Assembly (NCBI RefSeq): GCF_964355755.1
Contig: NC_092674.1
Span: forward strand, 3,968,001 to 4,032,000
Direction: 5' to 3'
DNA from: Antedon mediterranea
Taxonomy: Eukaryota; Animalia; Echinodermata
DNA length: 64,000 nucleotides
Translations under genes and position numbers: made by a program
The notes under the pieces: generated by a model
Seen by the model: the letters and a program-made list of their open reading frames with translations, nothing else
Database searches by the model: none
What the model was told of the DNA's origin: nothing
In this document: positions 48,301 to 60,314 of the stretch, one piece after another
Layout: each line of letters opens with the position of its first letter
Position numbering within the stretch: position 1 is the first letter of the stretch

Positions 48301-51300
48301 GCATAGCCAATACCCTTGGTAAGTAAGCCTTATTCTCTGTCGACACTAGCAACTAGCAAAAAAGTGTGACGTGCCCAAATGTTATACTGATGACATCATC
48401 ATGTCCATGTATTGGCACATCACATTATTTTTGTCACATAAAGTTTGATAGTGTAGACAGAGATTTATAGCTTTGGTAGGCATAAAGAGTAATTCTTTTT
48501 ACACAAAGGTCAAAGTTCAGTAGCAGAAAGGTGCAATTTTGTCTAATACTAAATAGATAAATTAATGTCAATGTTTTTTGTATATGTAGGTAACAAGGGT
48601 GCAGTTGGTGTGTCATTTTATTTCAATGGAACATCGTTCTGTTTCATTAACTGCCATTTAACATCTGGAACCGAAAAATGTTTAAGGTAAGTAAGTCTAA
48701 ATCAAATGTTATTATCACTTTTAAGTTTTTAAATTTTTAATCTTGAATAAGTTGTTTTTGGCCATGATCCTTGAAAATAATTGTGAATTGTTCATATCAG
48801 AACCTATAATTGCACGCATCATTTATAAAGTTGGTAGGAAGTTTTTGAAACTAGAGAATAAACTTGAGAAGGATGAAATGTGTTTCTTGACTGACCCCCA
48901 TATGGGTCAGGGGTCATGGGTCATGGGTGTAACTGGGCTTCTATTTTAAGATGGGTTTGTACCCCATAGTGGGCCTATAGGCCAGTGTGTAATGTTACAT
49001 ACAAATTGTTACTTTTTTATATTTTTTAGGCGGAACCACAACTATATTGACATATTAAAAGGTCTTGCACTCGGAGATAAAGGTCTCAATGTGTTTGACC
49101 TCACGACCAAGTTCCACCACATCTTTTGGTTTGGCGACCTCAACTACAGGCTCGATCGAGATGTCCAAGAGATTCTTGCACAGATTAACAATAAGAACTA
49201 CACAACGCTGTTGACCTATGACCAACTGAGAGAGGAACGAATAAAGGATAACGTATTCATTGATTTTGGTTAGTTAGAATTTTGTTTCATTGTAATCATA
49301 ATTTTTTGGATTTAAAAGGCTTTGAAATAAATGTTTCGAGTTTTTATGAAATAAATGTTTTTGTTATTTATTTTTTTATGTAGAGGAAGAGGAGATTACA
49401 TTCCCACCCACATATCGATATGAGATTGGGAATAGGCACACTTATGCTTATAAAAAAGTTAAGAAAACAGGGGTGAGGTTGAATTTTTATATTTTATTTT
49501 TAATTTTCAAAAGAGATTTCCAAACTAGCATACAAAAAAATTATAATATCAATGGTAATAAGATAGAAATAACAATGTCAACAAAAAAATAATTTTTAAT
49601 TGAAAAAAACAAATTGTATAGATTATTTTTAGTATTCTAATGTGACATTCCATATAATTTGTTTGCTTTGCTTTGGTATTTTGTTTTCATCACATTTTCA
49701 GCATCATAATCATTGTCTTTATTATAATGGTGTATCAGATCAGTATCATCGTTTAATCTTCATTTCACCATTATTTGTGTATCTTCATCAGCATCATTGT
49801 CACCTGATCTTTAAAACATTGTCACCAAAATCTTGTCATCAGCATCATTGTCACAATCAGATTTTTACATTTTCGTTTCCATTATTTTAGGTACGAATCA
49901 ACCAGCCTTCATGGTGTGACCGAGTACTGTGGAAGTCCTATCCTGATACCCACATAAACAACACATCATATGGTAAATGGAGTCAAACCATGGGCCTATA
50001 TAATTAATTAGTTCATTTTGAAGTACATATGTTTGAACTGAGAAAGAAGGGTTGTAAAATGGTGATGGTTTTGGGAATAAATGAGTATAAAAAATACTTT
50101 ATAACCCAAAATCTTCAAATTCATCAATTGTCAAATAATCGGTGGCGTAACTGCAATGAGTGCTCACTAGCTGAATCCAGGGTCCCTAGAGCTTACAGGG
50201 GCCCTAGAGCTTACAGGGGCCCTAGAGCTTACAGGGGCCCTAGAGCTTACAGGGGCCCTAGAGCTTACAGGGGCCCTAGAGCTTACAGGGGTCTCTGAGC
50301 AGCGCCGACAGAGAAAGAGGCTAAACATGGGAGGGCCACTTGGAATCCTCAGGCCTCTGTGTTATGTTACGTCAAGTAATTTATGTCTATTATTAGCATA
50401 ATTAGTTTAAGATCTATCATATGCTCTTAATGTAATAAGTACTAATGTACCCAGAGTCCAATAGAGACCATCCGATTTGATGGATTGAACCACCCTGGTA
50501 GAATATTGGAAATAAATATAAAAGAATCACAGTGTAACGGTAGTCGTGTCGAGGGCCAAGACAATAACGATGGCACAAAATTATTAATATTTATTCAATC
50601 AAAAATAAGATTATAAAACAATGTGAAAATGTAGTGATTCTGACCGATGTCTCAAGAATCAATACCCGAACTAACTAACTTAACTACAAAACATATATTT
50701 ATATTAAGGGTACAGGAAGGAGGACTAATTAAATGGTACCACATCCTGATTGACTTTCCTTGGAAGACCAACCTCAGGAATGTAGTGTTCCAAGTTAAGT
50801 AGGCATCGGGGAGAATAGTGGTGAATAGCCTGTGTGACTAATAGGATTTGGTCCCGCCATGTTACACACAGTTACCTTAATAAGCAATGATTTTTGATTT
50901 TCATTCAGGCTGTACAGTAGACATTATGTCCAGTGACCATTCACCTGTATTTGCGACGTTCTCTGTTGGAATTGAGTCTATGACAATTTTAACCAAAGGT
51001 AATTGGTCGAACTAAGTTTAATACGTATTAAGAAAAACTTATAAGAGATCAAATTATTGATATAAAGTAGCAAAGTTTTGAGTTTTGTCTAATTTTTTTA
51101 ATTGATAGATCATCTGGGTAGACTGACTGGTAATGACGAGGCTGAGGTACAGGTCATCTTCACAGAAATGGAAGCAGACATTAAAACAAGCAGTATTGGG
51201 AAATTCTATGTGGAGATCTTTTCAAGCTGTTTAGATGGTATGTACCAGTGGCCCTGAAGCTTATGGAGGCTCCTTTTTCAGTGGCAAGAGGAAAAAGACA

Positions 51301-54300
51301 GGCATTAAAATATGTTGGTTAAAAACATCCAAGGCCTCCAGCATTGGAGGGCCACTTAGGGTTCCTAAACCAGGGGCCTCATGTCTCTATGTACGCCACT
51401 GATTGAAATGATCTTGTGCAAAATCTCAATAATCAAAATCACTTTTGATTTCTAGTTCGTAGTGTTAAATGTGGGAAGAGTGGTGATAGCATAGTCAAGA
51501 ATTACAACCTGGTTTCTGTCAGATGGTCTGCAGAAAAATTTCCAAAGGTATTACTGTTCAATTACTGTATGAATTTTAAATTCAATAAACAATGCATGCA
51601 TAAATATATTTAATAATCCCCGATTTGAACTAGAAATTGATGACTAAACCAATAGTGCAGTACCTACAGTAGCACTATCAGAACACCATAGACCCTTCTT
51701 AACATGTACACACGTACATGTATGTACTATTAATAATTATGTGGGACGCTTTTAGACATATAGAAATATGTGCCAATGTGGAACTCTTTAATAGTAGTAA
51801 TAAGCACGCACCTGTTACAATATATCTATTTTCAGTTAAAGCCTACGGTTTCCAACTTCCACTATTTAGACGAGCAACACATGTTGGTAGCTATTAAAAA
51901 TTCGGACAGTGACGAGTCATATGGTGAAATACATTTTTTTAATACAGTATTACATTTTGGTCATACCCTCTGGGTTGTAAATGCCCAGCTTGAGAGGAGA
52001 ATGGACTATTAGTATCAGCCTGTTAAGCTCTGTCTACACTATCAAACATTATGTGACAAAACAATGTGATGTGCCAATAAATGGACGTGATGATGTCATA
52101 TCACTACCATATTTAAGCATACCACTACTATATTTGAGCACATCACACTTTTTTGTCAAAAGTGTAGACAGAGCCTTACTTTGGTCATATCCACTGGGTT
52201 GTTTTTTAAAAAAGTTTTAAAAGCTGTATACCTTCCTTCTGATCGATATTTAATCTGATTTCAGGACCAAAAAAAGTGTCCTCTTAATAGATGTGTCCCC
52301 TGCATACGAGATGGCCATAGTGTTAAATATGTATTACTACCCCGCATTAGTTTCACAGAAAGTTCCCCCTTAAGCGTGGTTCCCACTAGAGACGCAACAC
52401 AAGGACGTACCGCAACGCAAGTGAATTGACCAATCACGAGCGATGCCTTATTCGCTTGTGATTGCTAACTGTCTATAACTTCGCTTGTCATTGGTTAAAA
52501 AGCTTGCGTTGCGTTTACGTCCTTGCGTTACGTTCTAGTGGGAACCAAGCTTTATTTAGAGTGTCGTGTCCCAAAGGTTCCACTACATTGCATTTCTATT
52601 TTGTTTGATGTGTGTATCTCTGTTAAAGGTGAATTTGTGATTGCATTAAAAAACAAGTTAAGCACTGATCCAGTGGAATTTAAGTCAAATTTGACCCACA
52701 ATGGATTGAGGACAGGAAATGTCAGGTGTGTAGTCTTTGATAATACCATATATGAGTATAATCCCATGCTCAATTTAAATTTTCCCTTGCTTATATATGC
52801 CATGCTAAATTGTTATCCTATGCTAAATTATCCTCCCATGCTCAATTATAATCCAATGCTCAATAATAAACCCATGCTCAATTGTAATTTATTTTTATTT
52901 ATAATTGAATTTATAAATTTGGATACGATACTTTAGTTAATCCATTGTTAATGCAGTTCGAGTGTAATCCCACTCGCTACTTTGCACCAAATTTCTAACC
53001 CAGCAACACACCTCCCTCCCCCCCCCCCCACCCACCCAGTGACTATATACAGAAATTTGTTGTAAAATTCTACTCATTTGTTTTCTATTGTAAAAAAAAT
53101 GTACATCTGTTTAATTAGTAAAAATACGTTATAAATGTTGTTTCAATTTTTATTTATGTATTAATATTATAGAGGAAAGATGCATATTAAAGCCAGAGAC
53201 GAAAGCGCATATGGTGCCTGTGTCAGACCGAGAACGTACGGTAAGAAATAATTGGAAAAATAAATTTGTGTGCAGTTTTTTCCTGTGTTTTAAAACCTGT
53301 AAAAGAGTTTATCTGTAGAAACTCAGGAAATACAATTTCAGTAGTTTTAAACCAAAAATATTAAAAATGTATTTTTTACACAAACCCGTTTTTTTTCTTT
53401 ATAGATTTGGTCAAGTTTGATGATCGATCAGACACTGCCAGCTCAATTGATTCTCATGACATTTTATCAGATAACTATCCACCACCACTTAGTAAACCCA
53501 AAAAAACAGGTAGTACTGTTGGTTTTACCACTTATATTGTATTTAAATTTCAATAAGTTTGTGGGTAAAAAGAATGATGTATTTCACAATGTGTCATATT
53601 CCATATAATGTGAATTATTTAGTGGAGTAGAGAATACTGGTACTATACCTTGATTCTGGGATGGGAAAACATGCTAAAGTGTCAAAGGTCAAATTATTAT
53701 TTTATATATTTTTTTTAACCATATTTAATGAGGGTGGTCCATCCAGCTATTGCTGATCATTAGGGACCCAAGACAAACATATATACAAGATGCTCTACAT
53801 AAACAAAGTCTTATTACTGGAGTAATTTTGTCCTTAGAAAAAATCCTGTGACGGGACTTGAACCCAGGACCCTTGGAGTGGTAGCCAAGCATCATAACCA
53901 CCGAGCCACAACTCCACTCCAAATTTATAGCAGTTGCTTGTTAGTAAAAATAAGAAAACCATGGATTATTTCAGGCAAACTGTATGACATAATTATGGTT
54001 ATTATGGCAGGGGTTCTGGTTCCAATTCAGCTCCTGACAATTTTACAGCAGTCGGTGAGGTCTGCTGTTCCTGTTGCCTAATCTGTACAATATTAACAAT
54101 TTACCAAACTTTTTTAAGGTCTAGTTAGACTGTTTGATTGGAATAACAGGTCACAGCCTGACCACTGTCACACACAGGACACCAGCTTGCAAGTTCCAGG
54201 GTTGCGCCATGACTTATCTAACCAATTGTCCAACTCGTCTAACGCTACCACACCAGACAGCGATTCCAGCATGTTCACCTCGCACCGTCCTGGATTGTTG

Positions 54301-57300
54301 ACCCCTGTACACCAGAACGAAGTTAACGACAAGGGTGAACATTCTGAAAAGGACAATTCTGAAAATCCAGAGGACTTTGAAAACCCATTTTTCCCTCCTA
54401 GTCTACCACCACGAAACATTCTTGGACATGATAATTTAGCATTTCAGAATGGAGGAAGCCTTTCATCAAATTGTTCAACTCGAAGTGAGATCAAGCCCCC
54501 AACAAACAATCCACCAGCACTGCCGCCACGTCCTGCCACGCTTGATAAGTCAGAAAAGTTGATATCGAAACCCAGAAACGCCGTCACGAAAACACAGTCG
54601 GACGGTTCTGCCGACGCACCTCCTGTGCCTGCTAGAAGAAATGCGCAACGTCCACCAGAGGTGGAATTTGATCTTGCAAGACAGGTTCAACAAAATCAAC
54701 GCGCATCAAAGGTTAGACAAATACGTGACTTCTATGAGGGAAACAAGCTCAAGAGGCACGAAAAAGTGTCTGCTACCCCTTCTGCTCCCCTTGCTAACTC
54801 TCATACCCACTCCTCCCAGAATTATCAATGGCAAGAATATCGACACAAGGTAAATACCAAGGAAAATAAGCAAATAGTAACAGATGATGAACCGCCACCA
54901 CTACCAGTCAAGGGTAGGGCTGGTTTGTTAGAGTTTGAGGTATTTCATTCTTCAAATTATTCAAAATTGATACCGTTTTATTTTGCTTGCTTTAATTACT
55001 CAAAAAGTGCATTTAAGGTCGTCTCTGGAGAAATAGACAATATTAGAAAAATGTTTGTACTTTTTCACAACTTGGTAGTGAATGATAGTTTTTCATTTTC
55101 TGCTGTTTACCACCACAAAATCGAAAACAAATATTATTACTTCAGAGCTTGCCATTGAATGCTGATCAAGTATTTTCTTTATTATGCATCTAAGGCTCTG
55201 TCCACACTATCAAACTTTATGTGACAAAAAAATGTCATGTGCCCACATGATGTCATATCACTACCATATTTCGGCATATCACTACCATATTTGGGCACAT
55301 CATACTTTTTTTTGTTAAACTAGTTTGATAGTGTAGATAGAGCTGATAGATCATTTTGATTGCTTCTTGAGTATTGGTATTTCACTAGCTTCTATGTTAT
55401 TGCAACTGAATATTCAAATATTTATTCTTCTTAAACTTTATTGCTTTGAAATACATTGGTGATTTTGGCAAACATTGGGCGATTTTGACTTAAATAAAAC
55501 ATTGTGTGAGTTGGGTAAACAACACAGTGCCATTTGGTTACACAAACATGGTGCAATTTTGTTGAATGACTGCAGTTCATTTTGGATTTTTTTTGTTGGG
55601 AATTTATTTGGATAAACAAGCATGATGCAAATTGGTTACACATACATTACATCGGAAAAAACAAATTGAAATATATTCTTTACCAAAAAAAAAGAAATTC
55701 ATTTCACTATTATGATCAATTCGTACCCACTGGCACAGATCCTGTTTGGAGGACCTTACTACATAGATACCGAAATGATCATCTACATCTCTTCCCAAGT
55801 CTATATTTATTGAACACTGGACACATACTTCCCTATCCTTGAGCTTGTTTATACTCAATTACTGTATTATACTTTTAAGAATGTTGTGACAGTAACCTGG
55901 TAAGGATGCATTGTGCTAACAGAGTGCTTTAAACTTAAAGCTCTGTCTACACTATCAAACCATAAACGCTACCATATTTGGGCACATCACACTTCTTTTT
56001 TTCAAACTAGTTTGATAGTGTAGACAGAGCTTTAGAATAACCATGATTTACATTGTAGCAAGGAAAAAAAATGTCTTTGATTGTAGAAGAAATACTGCTA
56101 TGCTGGTGAAATGTTGCTGAAGTCGCACACCTGCTTCTTAAATTATTTGCATAAGTCAATCCACCAGGTGGTGCCTGCCTGGTGCAGACTCAGAATTCAT
56201 TCTCATAAAGGTGGAGTTGGAGTGTGTGCAGTAAATTCCCCCTCCCCCCAACATTTCACATATTTTCACTCTTCACAGCGTAGATAAAACTCTCTATGGA
56301 TCCAGGATTTTTAAACGGAGGAGCGCTGATAATAATATAAAAATAGATATTGACAAAGTTGTTCATTCACATTTATTTACACATTTTATTAAAAAAGCAA
56401 GCATACATTCATAATAAGTTAAATGGTAACAGTAAATAGGAGCTGTTTCAGGGATTGGAAATAGAATTAAAAGAACTTGTCTTATACCAACCCCTAAACA
56501 GAAAAAAAAGACAAAATAAACAACTGCATTTACATATCATTTGCTAATGTTAGATATATAAATTATAATCCTACAAAATTCATAAATGTTTCAGATATTT
56601 CATTTAACAAATCAAAATTTAACTACAGCACATTGTGATTGTATTTGGAAATATATGTTTTTTTAACATTTTTATTTAACATTTTAAGGTTTTTACAACA
56701 TGTAGTAGTAGTAGTTCATAATGTCATTTTAGCTGTCAACAACAGGAGCTTGTGATCCAACCATTACCTCGCTGGAGCAACTCATTTATTGTACATGATA
56801 TAGACCACGTAAGAGTGTAATTTCACTCTTCCGTGGTATAGACACAGCCATATCATTCATTCATAAGTTCTGTCTACACTATCAAACTTAATGTGACAAC
56901 AAAATATGATATGCCATATACAGTATGGACATATCACTACCATATTTGGGCATACCACTACCATATTTAAGCACATCCCACTTTTTTGTTTGATACTGCA
57001 GACAGAGCTTTAGTTAGCATTTTGTTATCCTAACTGTACTGTTAACATATACTGCTTCACAATATAATGCATGTTTACACTATGAATTTAGTATTAAAAG
57101 AATGAAGCCTTGTGCATACTTTAGTTAATGGAACAGTGCACGTTGCTTTGTATAGGTATGTGGTATGGGATACACATATTAACCATTTTTTTGATATTTA
57201 ATCATGACCATTTAGAATAGAGAGTCATGAATATTCATCTATCCAGGTAATATTATATTTCATATGACCATATTATGAAGAATTAATGAATCTTGATTCT

Positions 57301-57868
57301 GGACTCCAAATTGTTTGGAAAACAGCGGATTTGATGATTTTTAAAAGATAGAGTTTATTGCATAAGAGATGAGATTGTGAGAATGAATAATTTTTTTCTC
57401 AAAAACCTACCATTTTCACCCAATTCTCTGTACTGTATCTCCATGGCATTGTATATCCGGTATCATGTATACAGTGTCACAAATGGATCACAGATTATGA
57501 TGCAAACCTCACATGTGATGCTGTATCACAGAATTATAGATACAGTACCAAGAATTGGTTACCGTTTTATTGAATTTGATAATTATAGTTGTTTCATTGT
57601 AATGAAGCTGAATGTTCTTGATTTTAAAATAACACCTTTTCTTTTCCCTTAGGATTATGATTCCTTACGGAGACCTAACACAATTTCCGAATGGCTTGGA
57701 TTGCTGGAACTTCCACAGTACACCCAACATTTGATCTGCAACGGTTGGGACAGCATTGATTTTCTCATTACAGTTACGGATTCAGACTTAATAATGGCGG
57801 GGGTAAATAATGCCACCCATCGTGAACGAATGTTAGCAAGTATCGTTGCAATGGCTTTCTGTAAATAG
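42369..57868 (+). CDS. INPPL1: SH2-containing inositol polyphosphate 5-phosphatase, SHIP2-like (~1284 aa, 25 coding exons)
   Basis: Exons 42369-42523, 42675-42741, 43619-43760, 44241-44469, 44811-44901, 45244-45327, 45667-45879, 46017-46158, 46338-46432, 47184-47286, 47669-47871, 48201-48318, 48590-48686, 49030-49268, 49384-49472, 49891-49972, 50909-50998, 51109-51237, 51456-51547, 51836-51923, 52629-52725, 53173-53240, 53405-53509, 54119-54939 (acceptor less certain), 57653-57868. Domains: SH2 (WYHG..GSFLVRDSE), 5-phosphatase (FWFGDLNYR, PSWCDRVLW, SDHSPV), C2, Pro-rich, and C-terminal SAM (ISEWLGLLELPQY..NGWDSIDFL). Probably a pro-orthologue of SHIP1/2. Confidence 0.9.
42747..43115 (-). mobile_element. 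5'-truncated CR1 LINE with (AAACT)n tail
   Basis: RRIRGDLIEAYKIVKG..TRGHHLRFFK..FSQRVINHWNSLPADVV..FKNRID, the CR1 ORF2 C-terminus. Microsatellite tail at 42747-42778. Confidence 0.88.
45025..45196. mobile_element. Tc1/mariner-type MITE
   Basis: TIR (C/T)AGTT(A/G)ACTCTCCCA with TA on both sides. Confidence 0.65.
50140..50378. repeat. 18-bp tandem repeat (CCCTAGAGCTTACAGGGG x6) inside a degenerate hAT-like MITE
   Basis: Perfect units at about 50184-50291. Flanks CGGTGGCGTAAC ... GTTACGTCA are imperfectly inverted. Confidence 0.75.
50533..50866 (-). mobile_element. Solo LTR (334 bp)
   Basis: TGTAAC...GTTACA termini and a perfect 5-bp TSD CACAG (50528-32, 50867-71). TATA-like and AATAAA signals on the minus strand. 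Confidence 0.85.
52373..52551. mobile_element. Harbinger MITE (second family)
   Basis: TIR AGC(G/T)TGGTTCCCACTAGA with TTA TSD. Degenerate relatives at about 30050-30210 and 37490-37580. Confidence 0.8.
52755..52885 (+). repeat. Degenerate 21-bp tandem repeat
   Basis: CCCATGCTCAATTATAAT-like units, about 6 copies. Confidence 0.6.
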
Positions 57869-58539
57869 GTTCTCATTCCATCAGTATGTGTCTCAGTGCT
57901 CTTTTCTATAGTTATTGCACATAAAAAAATATTTCGCTTATTTTTTCGCGTCCACTATAGACAATTTTAGTAATTTGATGTAATCATGTTCCAGTTTCTC
58001 TAAACTAAAATGCTCATTAAGTATATTTAAAAAAAATGTTTTTTAGGATTGCTTATAAAATTAAATGGGTTTTCCGAGTGTTTCTGTCTCATCATAGAAT
58101 CTATGACTTCAACATTGAAGAAAGGAACTTTAAAAATAATTTAGAGCTTTACAACACAATTGAAAAACTTATCCTTTTTCCAATAGACGTTAATCACTAA
58201 CTAATGTACTTTGACCACTACTGAGCGCAATACAAATAGTAATGATAATTATAATATCGGTACCGTGAAGTTGCCTTAAAGTGCTTTAGAATATTATTTT
58301 TTTATAAAAGTTACTATTTAAGAAGCATTATAATTATATAAATCCATTTACCTATAATATATATAAATTTGAGTATTACTGAAATCATATACGTCCCACT
58401 TTGTACACGATTACACTTTATAATAATTTATATTTGAATTGCCAGTAGATTAAAAAATATTTCATATCATCTTGGAATTAAATTTAACCAATGCATGTAT
58501 AAGAACTAGAATTTAAATTAGATAAACATTATACTGTTA

Positions 58540-58740
58540 TAATTGTATTAAACTACTGTGGAATAGCTTTTGCGTCAGGGAGTTGAGTAATTGGTCAGAT
58601 GTTTTGCCCTACTCTGACGTAATAAAAAAGTACATTTGAGAATACTTGCGAAAAAATTCGCAAGTAATTCTCGGGTGGGACTCGAACCCACGTATGTGTA
58701 TGAAGTAAAAATTACGTCAGAGTAGGGCAAAACATCTGAC
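58540..58740. mobile_element. Small insertion with 13-bp TSD, 32-bp internal inverted repeat and tRNA B-box
   Basis: CATTATACTGTTA at 58527-39 and 58741-53. IR at 58592-58623 / 58711-58742. GGGTTCGAGTCCC on the minus strand at about 58677-58689. Confidence 0.7.
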
Positions 58741-60314
58741 CATTATACTGTTACTTAGGCCTGGTAAATGTAACTTTCTTCTATAGGGTTAGAGTTCTAT
58801 ATGGCTAGAGTAGAGCGTTGTGCTCAAATGGCTAGGGGGTTGCACAGGCCCTCATTTTTGAGGCATGATCACATTTAACCTAACACACTCCTAGAATGCC
58901 CTTCAGGACTGCAATTTACATCACACTCTGGGCTCATGTACCTACGGGACTGGGCCTACGATCAGTGGTTATCCCCAGTTTTATACCACCGCATAGTTCC
59001 CTATGATGTCATAAAGAGATAACACATGGTGCCAGACATCCTTGTCCTTTTTGATTATTTTTTTTTTAAATCTGACCAATTCTAGTTTCAAATACTGGTA
59101 ATAATCAAGTTAATCAATTGGATTAATTATTCCATTCCACTAAGCGTGATCAAATTTCCTCTTAATTGACTACATTAGTATTTTAATTATGTAAAACTGT
59201 AGACATACTTTTATTTGTTGATGCTAATAATTATTTATTTTTAATGTTGATATGATTGTTTAACGCAAGCTTTCTAATAATACAAAATACCAAGTAATTA
59301 AAATGAATGTTTAGGCAAAACTAATAAATTAAAGACTTCAAAGGTTTGTAGTGACAATTTATTATAAGGGGACACCTTCCAGGACCCAACAAAGTGGCCC
59401 CTTGAACCCAGTGGCTGTATTTATTATTCACACTAGCAACTTAGGCCATAGACAATGAATTTTTCTATGGCCTAAGTAGAAACATCCTTTAAAGAAGTTT
59501 TCCTATCTTAATAAATAGCATTTGTATTGTAATATGTTGAATGTTGTGCTGTAGGTTTGTTTAAAAAACATTTTATGAACATTATTAAATACTTATTGAC
59601 TTAAGTGAATAGTTATAGCATTTAAAGGGAATTCTAACTTAATTAATTGAGTGATTTGATTAAGTGTTGTGATGAATATGGCCACTGACCACTTGTAACG
59701 ATTTGGATCAAATAATTGCATTAAATATTTTTACAATGCTAAGTCTTTCTAACAGTCTGCAATATATAATGTCTGGCCGGCTTTTTCCAGTACCATCTTA
59801 AATGTATATATAGCAATTACAAAAAATTTACATTAAATTTATACAGTATTGACTGCTTAAAAATAGGTGACTATTAAAAAGCTAATTGTAATGTAAATAT
59901 TATATTGTACAGTAGAATATGAATGACTGAATATATGTAGCTACTTCCATCAGTATGTTGAAGGTTTTTAATATACGGTACTTTTTTTTACAAAGTCTAT
60001 TCATGTCCATATTTTGTAACTATGAGAATGCTAGTTTACCTCTTGTTTATTAAAAGCAAACCATTTCTTACAAAAAAATACGACATTTTTTGCGTTGTCT
60101 TTTTTTTTTTTGTATCGTCAATACACCAACAATAATATTATGTACCTTTAAACAAATTTGACACGTTTGGCACCTCATACACAAGGTTGTTCTACTTTTT
60201 TCACTTCCGGATGTGATCAACTGGATTGACCTTTCGTAAATCTACGACATAAGGGAGTTTGTGTTTAGTGGGGAATTTGTGTATTAAAATCATACAGATA
60301 TTTAGTCCTAAAAA

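Noticed and set aside
50029-50298. ORF with (GPRAYR)n
   Set aside because: Translation of an intronic 18-bp tandem repeat.
53975-54056. Extra SHIP exon
   Set aside because: Splice-like signals exist, but no phase combination fitted both neighbours cleanly, whereas 53509->54119 is in frame.
54940-55158. 3' part of the 323-aa ORF as the SHIP C-terminus
   Set aside because: A phase-0 donor at 54939 joins the SAM exon at 57653, and the extension looks like intronic read-through. A SAM-less isoform cannot be excluded.
56161-56175. CTCF-like CCACCAGGTGGTGC
   Set aside because: A single imperfect match with no supporting evidence.
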